Assembly: GCA_016782645.1 (NCBI GenBank)
Contig: JADHYC010000001.1
Location: forward strand, 16,579-80,578
DNA length: 64,000 nt
Direction of reading: 5' to 3'
Source of the DNA: Fidelibacterota bacterium
Lineage (GTDB): Bacteria > Fidelibacterota > UBA2242
Shown here: positions 26,934-36,600 of the stretch, piece after piece
Layout: the number at the start of each line of letters is the position of its first letter
How positions within the stretch are numbered: the first letter of the stretch is position 1
Translations under genes and position numbers: made by a program
The notes under the pieces: model-generated
Seen by the model: the letters and a program-made list of their open reading frames with translations, nothing else
What the model was told of the DNA's origin: nothing
The model's database searches: none

Positions 26934-29900
26934 ATGAAGGAGGTTTTTATGAAGAAGATTGCGATTATCTTATTTTCTCTATTGTTTGTAGTTAGCATAG
27001 TATTTGGTGCTGATTCAGATTTGACATTAGAGAGAATTCAAAAGAGCAGAATGTTGAAGTCCGCCTTTTCTACAATAGGACAAGAGCAAAAAGTGAGTGT
27101 AGAAGAAAGGGCGATTCCGGGAATGGACAGAAGAGCGCATATAGGAAAAATGCATCCGGGAAAAATGCATTTAGGAAAAACAGGTAATGAGTCTATCCAA
27201 TCACAAAAATGGGTTATGCCAAAGAAGCTTTTTCAAGGTGGGAAGAATAGTCTCTCATCGGGGCTCTTAAAGGCATCTCAGTTTGAGGAATCTGATACTT
27301 TAGTAATTGATTTTATTGAAACCGATACTATTCAGTATATTCCTGGGGATATAATTGTTTTTCAAATTGTATCCTTTGATTCCGTTTTAATCGAACCGTA
27401 TGTTGACAATGGTGACGGTATTTTTAATTCTGATACTGATTTGCTAGTTGAAGGTCCAGATATGGAAGAAGAAATCTGGATTGTTGATGGGGATGAAGAT
27501 GATGAAACCCCACCCGGTGATGGTGTATGGCAAGTCACTTTTAACACGGGTGGACTTGAAGAAGGAAATTTTTTTGGTTTGCAGGGAATGACCCTTTTTA
27601 TTTCCGCTACAGAAAAGACGTCTCAGAATCAAGGACTGGGGGTTTGTTGTATCGAACGTCCTGATGAAAATACGAGTATTTCAGGTAGTGTTATGATTGA
27701 GGGAGACCCGATGGTTCCAGCTGCTGATATGATTGTTTTAGCATTTCAAAAAAATTGGTTTGGAGACGGAGATAATGGTTCACCGGATGTTGGATTTACG
27801 ACAATGACTGATGATACCGGTTACTACCTGATTGAAATTCCGGATACTTTGAGAGGAGAATTTGTAGTATTTGCATTTGATTTTTGGAATTTCTACCCGG
27901 GATATTTTGCCGATCCGGAAATGATGACATTACCCGTAATGGGTGATATACCGGATGTAAACTTTGTACTTAGGGAAGCATCCGAGACTATATATGGTTA
28001 TGTGACAGATGAAAATGATAATCCTGTGCCTGATATTCGGGTATATGCTAATACTGGACCTCATTATGTAGAAGATACTACAGATGTAAGTGGTTACTAC
28101 GTATTGCCTGTTTTCCCAGGTTGGTGGAGAGTAGAAGTTGAAGAAGATGATCTTATTGGTGATTATATGATACCCAATGAACAACATCTGGAAGTATTTG
28201 AGGACGGCGATCATCCTGCAGATTTTATCCTCTATTCCGTAGATGGTTATATTGAAGGTACAGTAACTTATCAAGATGGGAATCCGGCTCAGGGAATTGA
28301 AGTTGAAGCTGGTATCTATCTTGGTTGGGAAGAAGGGGAATATTGGACTTATTCGGAAACTGATGAATTTGGTAACTACACTTTAATGGTTAGTAAAGCT
28401 TTGCAAGGTAGAGAAATTTGGGATAATGGATATGATAGTACATATTCCTGGATTACTTCCTACTGGGTTTCTATCTGGGAAGAAGATGATATTGTTGTTC
28501 CAAGGGAATATTGGGATATCTTTGCAGACACAACAGGTCTTGATTTTACTATTTATATGTCCGATGCTATGTTAAGTGGGTATATTTATGATAGCGTTAC
28601 TGATTTTCCTCTCGGTGAGGCAGGAATTCATGCATTTAGTAAGGATTCAACAGATGGCGCTGTTCCCCCTATGGATGTTTGGGATTGGACTGAGGGAGAT
28701 GGCTATTATGAATTGCCTCTAATTGGTGGGGCTCCACCTGATGGGAAATTATGGAATATTGAAGTTTTTTGGCCACATGCGTGGATACCATCTGTCGTTG
28801 ATACATTAATAGTATTTTCGGGTAATAATTACACACAGGATTATTATATCAAACCGCCTGTAATGCAAGGACTTGTGGAAGGATATGTCTATGACAAAGA
28901 CGGAATTGGGATTAATAATGCCCGTGTTGAACTATATGGCCCTGATTATTTTGAGACATGGACAGATGAAGGTGGTTATTTTAGAATAGAAGACCTTAGA
29001 TTTGGTTGGTATAATGCAACAGCTTATGCTCCTGATTATGAACCCAACACGATATATGATATATGGGTTGGACCAGAACCAGTTTGGCTTAAATTCTGGA
29101 TGGGAAGCGCTGTTGGTAATATCTTTGTAAATGGTGTTGTTACAGATGCTGCTACAAATAATTCAATTCCTGGAGCTCTCGTCTTTGCTTTAGGAGAATT
29201 CTGGATGGCGGTTTCTGGGACTGATTCAACCGGGTATTATGAATTTTGGCTTAAACCTGGATTTTACGATTTCCAGGCAGGTGCAAATGGATTTCTTGCT
29301 GATTATCTTGAGGGTGTTGAAATTAATCAAGACACAACGATTAACTTCGAACTGGGTTATGCGACTATTGCGGACACTGCAAAAGGTAGTGTTGTGGATG
29401 ATGTAGGAATTCCTCTTAGGAATGTATTCATATACTGGGAATCTGATCCTTACCCACCTACATATATTGGTTACACATACACCGATTTTGATGGCAAATA
29501 TGAAATAGGCTTACCATCAGGTGACTATAATGTCATGTTTTGGAAAGAAGGTTTCAATGACGAATATCGATGGCTTGAAAATTTCCCGACCAACCAGTTA
29601 GAAGATCCTGTTGTTATGTGGCCTCATACCTGGGTTTTTGGTCCGGAGATTAAGTCTGTAGGTGATGTTCCCGATGATCACGGTAAGCAAGTTCGCCTAA
29701 CCTGGGAGAGAGCCGAAGGTTTAGAAGGTACTGTGATGGAATATCTAATCTGGAGAGCTATTGAGCCACCATCTGGTCCTGATCCGAATCCAGATCAATA
29801 TCATCCAAACTGGGATTATGTTGCATCAGTTTCCGTCCATCCTGCTATGGGTATGTACCACTATGTAGCACCAACTCTTTATGATAAGGTTGGAGATGAA

Positions 29901-30569
29901 ATTCGCTGGACAGCATTTATGGTTACTGCGATTGGTTGGGATGGATGGTCGTACTGGGATTCAAATATTAAAGCCGGTTTTTCTGAAGATAATCTTCCTC
30001 CGGAAACACCGACCAGTTTGACAGGATCACTCAGTGAAGGTAGTGTTGCTTTATTCTGGGAAGAAGTCGTAAATGAGCCAGTCCAATATTATACTATTTA
30101 CAGAAGACTGGAGAATGAACAGTTCGTTCCTATCGGCTATTCAACAGAACCAGAATATTCAGATACAGAACTGATTGGTTCGGAGGTGTATTATGCCGTA
30201 TCTGCAACTGATTATGGCTTAAATGAATCTCCAAAATCCAGTGAAATTAGTGTTACAATTACTGCTATTGATGGCGGTATTGAGATACCGGATGAGTTTG
30301 CCTTGAAACCGAATTATCCTAATCCGTTCAATCCGGAGACGACAATTGAATTTGCTTTGCCAGAAAATAGTAAAGTAACATTGACCGTCTATAATCTGAA
30401 GGGTCAGTTTATTAGAGAACTTGTTAGATCTGAATATAATGCTGGTTATCAGCGTGTTGTTTGGGATGCACGAGATCAATATGGAAATGCTGTCGGAAGT
30501 GGTGTGTATATTTATACAATAAAAGCGGATAATTTTACACAAACGAGGAAGATGGTTCTACTGAGATGA
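26934..30569 (+). CDS. Large secreted T9SS cargo protein with multiple carboxypeptidase-regulatory-like (CarbopepD_reg / Cna-B-like) beta-sandwich domains, an FN3-like domain and a type-A T9SS C-terminal sorting domain
   Basis: Signal peptide. Repeated GYV.D..G.P...A.V motifs (GYVTDENDNPVPDIRVYANTG, GYVYDKDGIGINNARVELYGP, GVVTDAATNNSIPGALVF, GSVVDDVGIPLRNVFIYWES). The T9SS sorting domain is LKPNYPNPFNPETTIEF...VYNLKGQFIRELV...GVYIYTIKADNFTQTRKMVLLR. N-terminal H/K repeat HIGKMHPGKMHLGKTG. Confidence 0.65.
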   Translation: MKEVFMKKIAIILFSLLFVVSIVFGADSDLTLERIQKSRMLKSAFSTIGQEQKVSVEERAIPGMDRRAHIGKMHPGKMHLGKTGNESIQSQKWVMPKKLFQGGKNSLSSGLLKASQFEESDTLVIDFIETDTIQYIPGDIIVFQIVSFDSVLIEPYVDNGDGIFNSDTDLLVEGPDMEEEIWIVDGDEDDETPPGDGVWQVTFNTGGLEEGNFFGLQGMTLFISATEKTSQNQGLGVCCIERPDENTSISGSVMIEGDPMVPAADMIVLAFQKNWFGDGDNGSPDVGFTTMTDDTGYYLIEIPDTLRGEFVVFAFDFWNFYPGYFADPEMMTLPVMGDIPDVNFVLREASETIYGYVTDENDNPVPDIRVYANTGPHYVEDTTDVSGYYVLPVFPGWWRVEVEEDDLIGDYMIPNEQHLEVFEDGDHPADFILYSVDGYIEGTVTYQDGNPAQGIEVEAGIYLGWEEGEYWTYSETDEFGNYTLMVSKALQGREIWDNGYDSTYSWITSYWVSIWEEDDIVVPREYWDIFADTTGLDFTIYMSDAMLSGYIYDSVTDFPLGEAGIHAFSKDSTDGAVPPMDVWDWTEGDGYYELPLIGGAPPDGKLWNIEVFWPHAWIPSVVDTLIVFSGNNYTQDYYIKPPVMQGLVEGYVYDKDGIGINNARVELYGPDYFETWTDEGGYFRIEDLRFGWYNATAYAPDYEPNTIYDIWVGPEPVWLKFWMGSAVGNIFVNGVVTDAATNNSIPGALVFALGEFWMAVSGTDSTGYYEFWLKPGFYDFQAGANGFLADYLEGVEINQDTTINFELGYATIADTAKGSVVDDVGIPLRNVFIYWESDPYPPTYIGYTYTDFDGKYEIGLPSGDYNVMFWKEGFNDEYRWLENFPTNQLEDPVVMWPHTWVFGPEIKSVGDVPDDHGKQVRLTWERAEGLEGTVMEYLIWRAIEPPSGPDPNPDQYHPNWDYVASVSVHPAMGMYHYVAPTLYDKVGDEIRWTAFMVTAIGWDGWSYWDSNIKAGFSEDNLPPETPTSLTGSLSEGSVALFWEEVVNEPVQYYTIYRRLENEQFVPIGYSTEPEYSDTELIGSEVYYAVSATDYGLNESPKSSEISVTITAIDGGIEIPDEFALKPNYPNPFNPETTIEFALPENSKVTLTVYNLKGQFIRELVRSEYNAGYQRVVWDARDQYGNAVGSGVYIYTIKADNFTQTRKMVLLR

Positions 30570-30593
30570 TTTATCGCTGAACAATATGTGAAT

Positions 30594-30621
30594 AAAGGGC
30601 AGGGAGACCTGCCCTTTTTAT
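30594..30621 (+). terminator. Rho-independent terminator after the 26934..30569 gene
   Basis: aaGGGCAGGGagaCCTGCCCtttttatt is a GC stem followed by a T-tract. Confidence 0.6.
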
Positions 30622-30796
30622 TGTGTGGATTTTAAAAATAATATGATTTATTAATTTACAATTGTATATAGTCTTATCTATTCTATCATGAGTGAAATCT
30701 TTAAAAATGTAATCTGGGTCAATAAATTAAGTAGTGCTAATTTTTCATCTTGTAAAACAGAATGAGATTTTATATTTTTGCGTCTGTTTAAGTTTA

Positions 30797-32377
30797 ATGG
30801 TGAAGATGAAAAATAGTATTACAAAGATGATATTTGTTACGAGTCTATTTCTTTTATGGGCTATTAATATCTATAGTTTTCAGGATGTGAGCCTGGTAAG
30901 AATAAAACTTTCTGAGCCTTCTGATATGACAATTCTGGTGAAGATGGGAATAGATATTGCTCGATTTAAAGCTCCTGGTGAGGTTGAAGCCTGGGTAACA
31001 GAAGTTGAATTTGAAAAAATTTCAACGGAGGGCTTTGATATAGAGTATATTCCGGATCTTGCAAAGATTTACGCCGATAGTCTTGAGAAAGCCACGCGTA
31101 ATACAAGTAACCCAATGGATGATTATCACAACTATGATGAGTTAACGACCTTTTTAAATAATACTGTCGATGATCATCCCAATATATGTCAGCTAATATC
31201 AATTGGAACAAGTGTTCAAGGAAGAGAACTTTGGTTCATGAAGATTACTGATAATCCAACAGTTGAAGAGTCGGAGCCAGAATTCAAATATATTGCAAAT
31301 ATGCATGGGAATGAACCTGTTGGCAGAGAGTTATGTCTTTATTTGATAGATTGGTTAACAGATAATTATGGGACTAATACCAGAGCGACATATCTTGTAG
31401 ATAATGCTGAAATCTGGATTATGCCATCAATGAATCCTGATGGTTTTGAACTTCACCAGCGGTACAATGTACAAGGTGTTGATCTTAATAGAGATTTTCC
31501 AGATAGAATTAGTGACCCTAATAATACCACTGATGGAAGAGCACCCGAAACTCAAGCGGTCATGAACTGGGCTTTTCAACATTCTCATATCCTTTCTGCA
31601 AATTTTCATACAGGAGCGCTTGTAACAAATTATCCTTATGATAGTAACGAAAGTGGAAATAATGTATATACAGCCTGTCCAGATGATGCGCTTTTTATTG
31701 ATGTTTCTTTATCTTATTCAATTCACAATTCCCCTATGTATAATAGTCCTTATTTTGATCAGGGGATAACTAATGGAGCAGATTGGTACGTTATATATGG
31801 TGGTATGCAGGATTGGAATTATGAGTGGCAGGGCGACTTTGAAGTAACTATAGAGCAATCAAATACTTTCTGGCCTCCGGCATCTCAACTTCCATCATAC
31901 TGGGCTGATAATCAGGAATCAATGATCAGTTATATAGAAAGTATGTTCAGGGGGATAAAGGGAATAGTAACTGATGCCTCAACCGGACTTCCTGTTGCAG
32001 CGTCAATAGAAATTGTGGGAATAGATCACAAAGTGTATACTGACCCGGATGTTGGTGATTATTACCGGATGGTTATGCCCGGAACTTATGATTTATTGGT
32101 TGAAACAGACGGATATGAGCCCCAGATAATTGAGAATGTTATAGTGAATGAGCAAGAACAAACTATCGTTGATATTCAATTTGGTATTACATGTATTCCT
32201 GGTGATGTGAATAATGACGGTGAGATTAATATTGCCGATATTGTAAAAATAGTTCAATTTATTTTGATACTGGATATACCAGATGATTATGAATTTTGTG
32301 CTGCGGATTGGAATTTTGATGGTGTTATTAATGTGCAGGATATTGTCGGAATTGTTCAGTATATTTTGAACCAATAA
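30797..32377 (+). CDS. Second secreted M14 zinc carboxypeptidase (paralog of 24367..26655) with a CarbopepD_reg-like domain and a C-terminal type-I dockerin; no T9SS sorting domain
   Basis: M14 motifs ANMHGNEPVGRE (HxxE), NPDGFE, VDLNRDFPD and ANFHTGALVTNYPYD. Dockerin GDVNNDGEINIADIVKIVQFIL...ADWNFDGVINVQDIVGIVQYIL. The ORF opens at 30734; the likely start is ATG 30797 or 30806 just before the signal peptide MKNSITKMIFVTSLFLLWAINIYSF. Confidence 0.8.
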   Translation: MVKMKNSITKMIFVTSLFLLWAINIYSFQDVSLVRIKLSEPSDMTILVKMGIDIARFKAPGEVEAWVTEVEFEKISTEGFDIEYIPDLAKIYADSLEKATRNTSNPMDDYHNYDELTTFLNNTVDDHPNICQLISIGTSVQGRELWFMKITDNPTVEESEPEFKYIANMHGNEPVGRELCLYLIDWLTDNYGTNTRATYLVDNAEIWIMPSMNPDGFELHQRYNVQGVDLNRDFPDRISDPNNTTDGRAPETQAVMNWAFQHSHILSANFHTGALVTNYPYDSNESGNNVYTACPDDALFIDVSLSYSIHNSPMYNSPYFDQGITNGADWYVIYGGMQDWNYEWQGDFEVTIEQSNTFWPPASQLPSYWADNQESMISYIESMFRGIKGIVTDASTGLPVAASIEIVGIDHKVYTDPDVGDYYRMVMPGTYDLLVETDGYEPQIIENVIVNEQEQTIVDIQFGITCIPGDVNNDGEINIADIVKIVQFILILDIPDDYEFCAADWNFDGVINVQDIVGIVQYILNQ

Positions 32378-32415
32378 TCATGTTATGTGAAATTCAGAAT
32401 CCCGGTAAAAGGTAA

Positions 32416-32703
32416 AAAATAACGAATAGAGAAATCTTTAAAAAGATTGTTCGGCTACTTAAAAATCAAGCAGTGAATAAGGTAGCTATTTTTAGTTCTT
32501 TTGTGAGAAGAGAAGAAGAACCAGGAAGCGATATAGATATTATCGTGGAATTTTCAGAAAGAAAAAGTCTTCATTAACTTGTAGGGATAGAAAGAGAGTT
32601 GTCTGAAGTACTGGGAATAAAAGTGGATTTGTTAACGGAAAAATCTATTAGTCCATACTTGATTGATACGATAAGGGAAGAGATGGAAGTAATTTACGGA
32701 TGA
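32416..32703 (+). pseudogene. Decayed MNT-type nucleotidyltransferase antitoxin gene (no start codon, in-frame TAA at 32575)
   Basis: ...VAIFSSFVRREEEPGSDIDIIVEFSERKSLH*LVGIERELSEVLGIKVDLLTEKSISPYLIDTIREEMEVIYG carries the nucleotidyltransferase GS..D.D motifs. It is interrupted by a stop and lacks an ATG after the upstream TAA at 32413. Confidence 0.55.
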
Positions 32704-32885
32704 AAAAGGACGATTTCATATATTTAAGGCACATGTTAGATGCCATTTCTAGAATGTAAAAGTATATTCACGGCACAGAATACGAAAGCTTTATGGAGAA
32801 TCATCTTATACAGGACGGAGTAATAAGGCAGGTATTATGTTCTGGCTTAGTCTGTTGCCGAGAAAAGAGAAGGAGTAGTCTGTGA
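32700..32885 (+). pseudogene. Decayed HepT-like (DUF86) toxin gene, partner of the MNT remnant (ATGA overlap; in-frame TAA after codon 19; 3' end truncated or diverged)
   Basis: MKKDDFIYLRHMLDAISRM*KYIHGTEYESFMENHLIQDGVIRQ... matches HepT N-terminal helices (cf. DFIYLRHILDAI...FEEFLENELIQDAVIRNLEIIGEA). It then diverges and runs into the next gene's start. Confidence 0.5.
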
Positions 32886-33550
32886 ATAATAAGCTAAAAA
32901 TTATGCTTCCAATTATTGCTCTTCTTTTTCTGTGGGGTTGTGCAGCTCATCCTACGATTAGTCCTGTTCCCTTAAAGCGTGGTGAAACCTACACCGGAAT
33001 CACTTTTTCTGTAGAAAACGTATTTCCTGTTTTTGTATATAGAAAGGGTTTATCTGATATCAGCGACGTAGGTTTTCGTGTTGGTTTACCTATTTATGGT
33101 AGCGGTGTAGATTATTCGAGAATAGTATTTCAGCGTGGAGATATCTATGATGTAATAAACATAGGTTTTTCCTGGACACCAAATTCGAATTTGGATTTGA
33201 CATATTATACAGTAAGAACCTTTCCCAAGAAACCCGGAAACGCTTTTTATACAGGTTTTAGAGGAATGTACATTCCTAATGGCATTAGTGATAGAGAGAG
33301 TGTTCGAGTTGGAATGTTGGTTGGTATTTCTATTGAAGAGAAATGGGGATTGGAGTTAGGTTATTTTCATGATTTTGATAAAGGACAGCCTATTGAATAT
33401 TTGTTTAACCTTGAACCTAAAAACGATCCACGTTATCCTGCAGTAACTGATTATGGTTTGCCGTCAGAAAATTCAAGATTGGTTGGTTTATCTTTGCAAC
33501 TTTCGTTGAATACGAAAGTTTTTTCAAAAAGGGACAGAAGCAATAAATAG
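32882..33550 (+). CDS. Hypothetical lipoprotein
   Basis: Signal plus lipobox (MLPIIALLFLWGCAAHP). It is Gly/aromatic-rich with alternating hydrophobic residues and a C-terminal Phe-containing tail, so it may be a small outer-membrane beta-barrel. GTG start at 32882, or ATG at 32903. Confidence 0.45.
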   Translation: MNNKLKIMLPIIALLFLWGCAAHPTISPVPLKRGETYTGITFSVENVFPVFVYRKGLSDISDVGFRVGLPIYGSGVDYSRIVFQRGDIYDVINIGFSWTPNSNLDLTYYTVRTFPKKPGNAFYTGFRGMYIPNGISDRESVRVGMLVGISIEEKWGLELGYFHDFDKGQPIEYLFNLEPKNDPRYPAVTDYGLPSENSRLVGLSLQLSLNTKVFSKRDRSNK

Positions 33551-33621
33551 AATTTTTATTGTAGATTATTAGCAATTGAAAAAATAGTAAATTACATTTG
33601 AATTAGGGAAGGTAGTAAGAA

Positions 33622-36600
33622 ATGAGAAAAAGAATTTTTCATCTGATAACACTTGTTATTCTTTTATGCTTTACAGTGGAAATGTCATTTGCTTCCGCTG
33701 AACTTGTTGTTAAAGGGGATTCTAAGCTTATTATTGAACTGGATCAAGTTTCCAGTGATGAAACAGCAGTTGAGCTTATAGAAAATAGTTATCAAAAAGT
33801 CGCTATGATTTATAAGTTTTCAAAAATCCAAAGTTTTAATGTTGTATCTGAAAAGGGGATATTTACGGAGATTATAATTCCAAAAGCTCATTATATTGGC
33901 AACATCGGTACACCAAAACTCCCGGCACTTAAAAAATTGATTGAAATCCCTTTTGGTGCTAAAGTATCTATTAATGTAAAAAGTTATTCAACAATTGAAT
34001 ACAAGTTAAGTAATTGTGGTATCAACAATCCACTCCTACCTGTTCAACCTTCACTACCTAAGAATATTGATCCTCGTTCCGTTGATTTTGTATATGATAT
34101 TGATTCATATACGGTTGATGAATTCAGACAATATGAAATAGCTACTGTCGAAGAGTTAGGTGTGCTCCGTGGTGTTCGTTTTGCCCGGGTAGTTGTTGCC
34201 CCTGTTCGTTATAACCCTGTAAAGGGAGTTATTAAAGTATATAATAATATTGAGGTTGAGATTAACTTTTCAGGCAGCGATATTGATCTGACTGAATACA
34301 TTAAAGCTTCTACTTATTCACCGTATTTTGAAGCAATATACAGAAAGATTATTAATTATAAAGAAAGAGAACACGGTTATCCAGATCACCCGGATTTAAC
34401 TAAATATCCTGTAAAATATTTAATTGTTGCCGATAGAATGTTTGAAAGTCAATTAGAACCTTTTATCGAATGGAAATCACAGAAAGGATTTACAGTAATT
34501 GTCACTTATACTGATGTTATTGGTACTTCATATAGTAATATTCAAACATGGATTCATAATCAATATAATTCTGGAACTCCTGCAGATCCGGCTCCAAGTT
34601 TCGTACTATTTGTTGGAGACACACCGCAAATTCCTGCAGAAACAGGTTCTTCCAGTGGAAAAGCCACAGATTTGTACTATTGTAGTGTAGACGGTGACTA
34701 TTTTCCTGAAATGTATTATGGAAGATTTTCTGCGACTACCGCCGATCAACTGCAACCTCAGGTTGACAGGACACTATATTATGAGAAATATCAATTCTCT
34801 GATCCATCATTTTTAGATAATGTTACATTGATTGCAGGAGTAGATCCGTATTGGAATCCAAATGTTGGTCAACCGACAGTTTTATACGGTACAGAAAATT
34901 ACTTTAATGTATTGCATGGGTTTAATGATGTTCATGTATATCTTGACTCTTATTCCGGATGCTACGAAACAATTAATGATGGGATCAGCTTAATCAATTA
35001 CACCGCACATGGCAGTCAAACATCCTGGGGAAATCCCGGTATGTCACAATCTGACGTTAATGCATTAACAAATGATGGAAAATATCCATTGGCTATTGGT
35101 AACTGCTGTTTATCAGGGGATTTTGGCTATTCGGAATGCTTTGGCGAAACATGGCTAAGAGCAACAAATAATACAACTGGTGAGCCAACTGGTGCAATAG
35201 GATATATTGCATCAGCTCCTTCTTCTTATTGGTTTGAAGATTTTTATTGGGCAGTAGGCGCTTTTCCAATAATAGGAGACAATAATGGCTATGTCCCTCC
35301 TTATGATTCGACTTCATGGGGTGCCTATGATGCTCCGTTTGTAAGTGATTATGTTACCCAGGATGCTTTAAACTTCGTTGGTAATCTTGCGGTTACAGAG
35401 GCTGATATTCAGGGATATCCAACTCATGTTACAGGTTCAAGTGCACTCTATTACTGGCAAGCATATAATCTGCTTGGAGATCCGTCAGTCGTTGTATATA
35501 TGACTCAGGGTGAAAATAATAATGTAAGTTTTGACGGTTTATTACCAATTGGTTCAACAAGTTTTACCGTTAATGCTGAGCCTGGCTCCTATGTAGGTAT
35601 TTCGATGAATGGAGTTTTACATGGTGCTGGTTTAATAGGTGAATATGGGACGGCTAATATACCGATAACCCCGTTTACTGTTGCAGGCACCGCTGATATT
35701 ATTGTAACAAAACCTCAGTATAAGCCAGTTTTTACTACTGTATTAGTTGCTACACCTGCAGTGGTTGGTATTAATCCTGATTCAATTTCTATTAATGTTT
35801 CAACAGAAGTAACCATTTCTGTTTATGAAGAAGATGGAACTACTCCCATTTCAGATGTAGATGTCTGGATTGAAGGATGGGGTGTTGATTCTGAGATTTT
35901 AAGTGGTACGACGAGTGGTTTGGGTGAATTAAGTTTTTCAATAACCCCTCCTTATGGAGAACGACTCAGAGTGATTGGTAAAAGACCGGTTGACAATTAC
36001 TTGCTTTTTACCAAATATATATATGTGACCGATGGTATAGATTTAACAAATGCAAATATTACTCCTAGCGTTGCATCAATTGGGCTTTTTGGTTTATTAA
36101 CACCCTATTATGAAGGACTGATTACTTCTACATGTGATGAAGCTGAAACAGTACTTTTTGCAAGAGGCTGTGGTGTGGATACATCAGTTGTGGCAACAGA
36201 GGTAAATGTAATTCCCGATGAAGTTGGTATAATTTCCGCCGCAATAGCAAAAAGCGGATATAATGTGTATGAAGAAGATATATTAGTTGAAACTGTATAT
36301 GGAACACTAAGCGGAATTGTTCGCGATGAATCCGAACAGGGAGTTCCGGAAGCAGCAATAAAAGGATTTTTACAATCAAATCCGGAAACACCTGCATTTA
36401 CTGCTATTACAAATTCGCTAGGCCAATTTACAATAGAAGGCGAACTGGAAATCGGTTATTACCAGGTTGAGATAGAAAAGTTTGGTTTAGTGCCATATTC
36501 AGAGGAACATTTTCTTCAGTATGGAGCAAACAGCTGGTTCCTTGATTTAACTGGTGCACCCAGCGGCACTGTTTCCGGCACTGTTACCGAAGCAGGCACG

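Noticed and set aside
27930-28274. Antisense ORFs inside the large secreted-protein genes (e.g. 27930-28274, 30219-30542, 40046-40382, 41725-42045, 44303-44581)
   Set aside because: They lie entirely within well-supported long CDSs on the opposite strand. They are Ile/Tyr/Asn-rich, as expected from reading AT-rich codons in reverse. No motifs.
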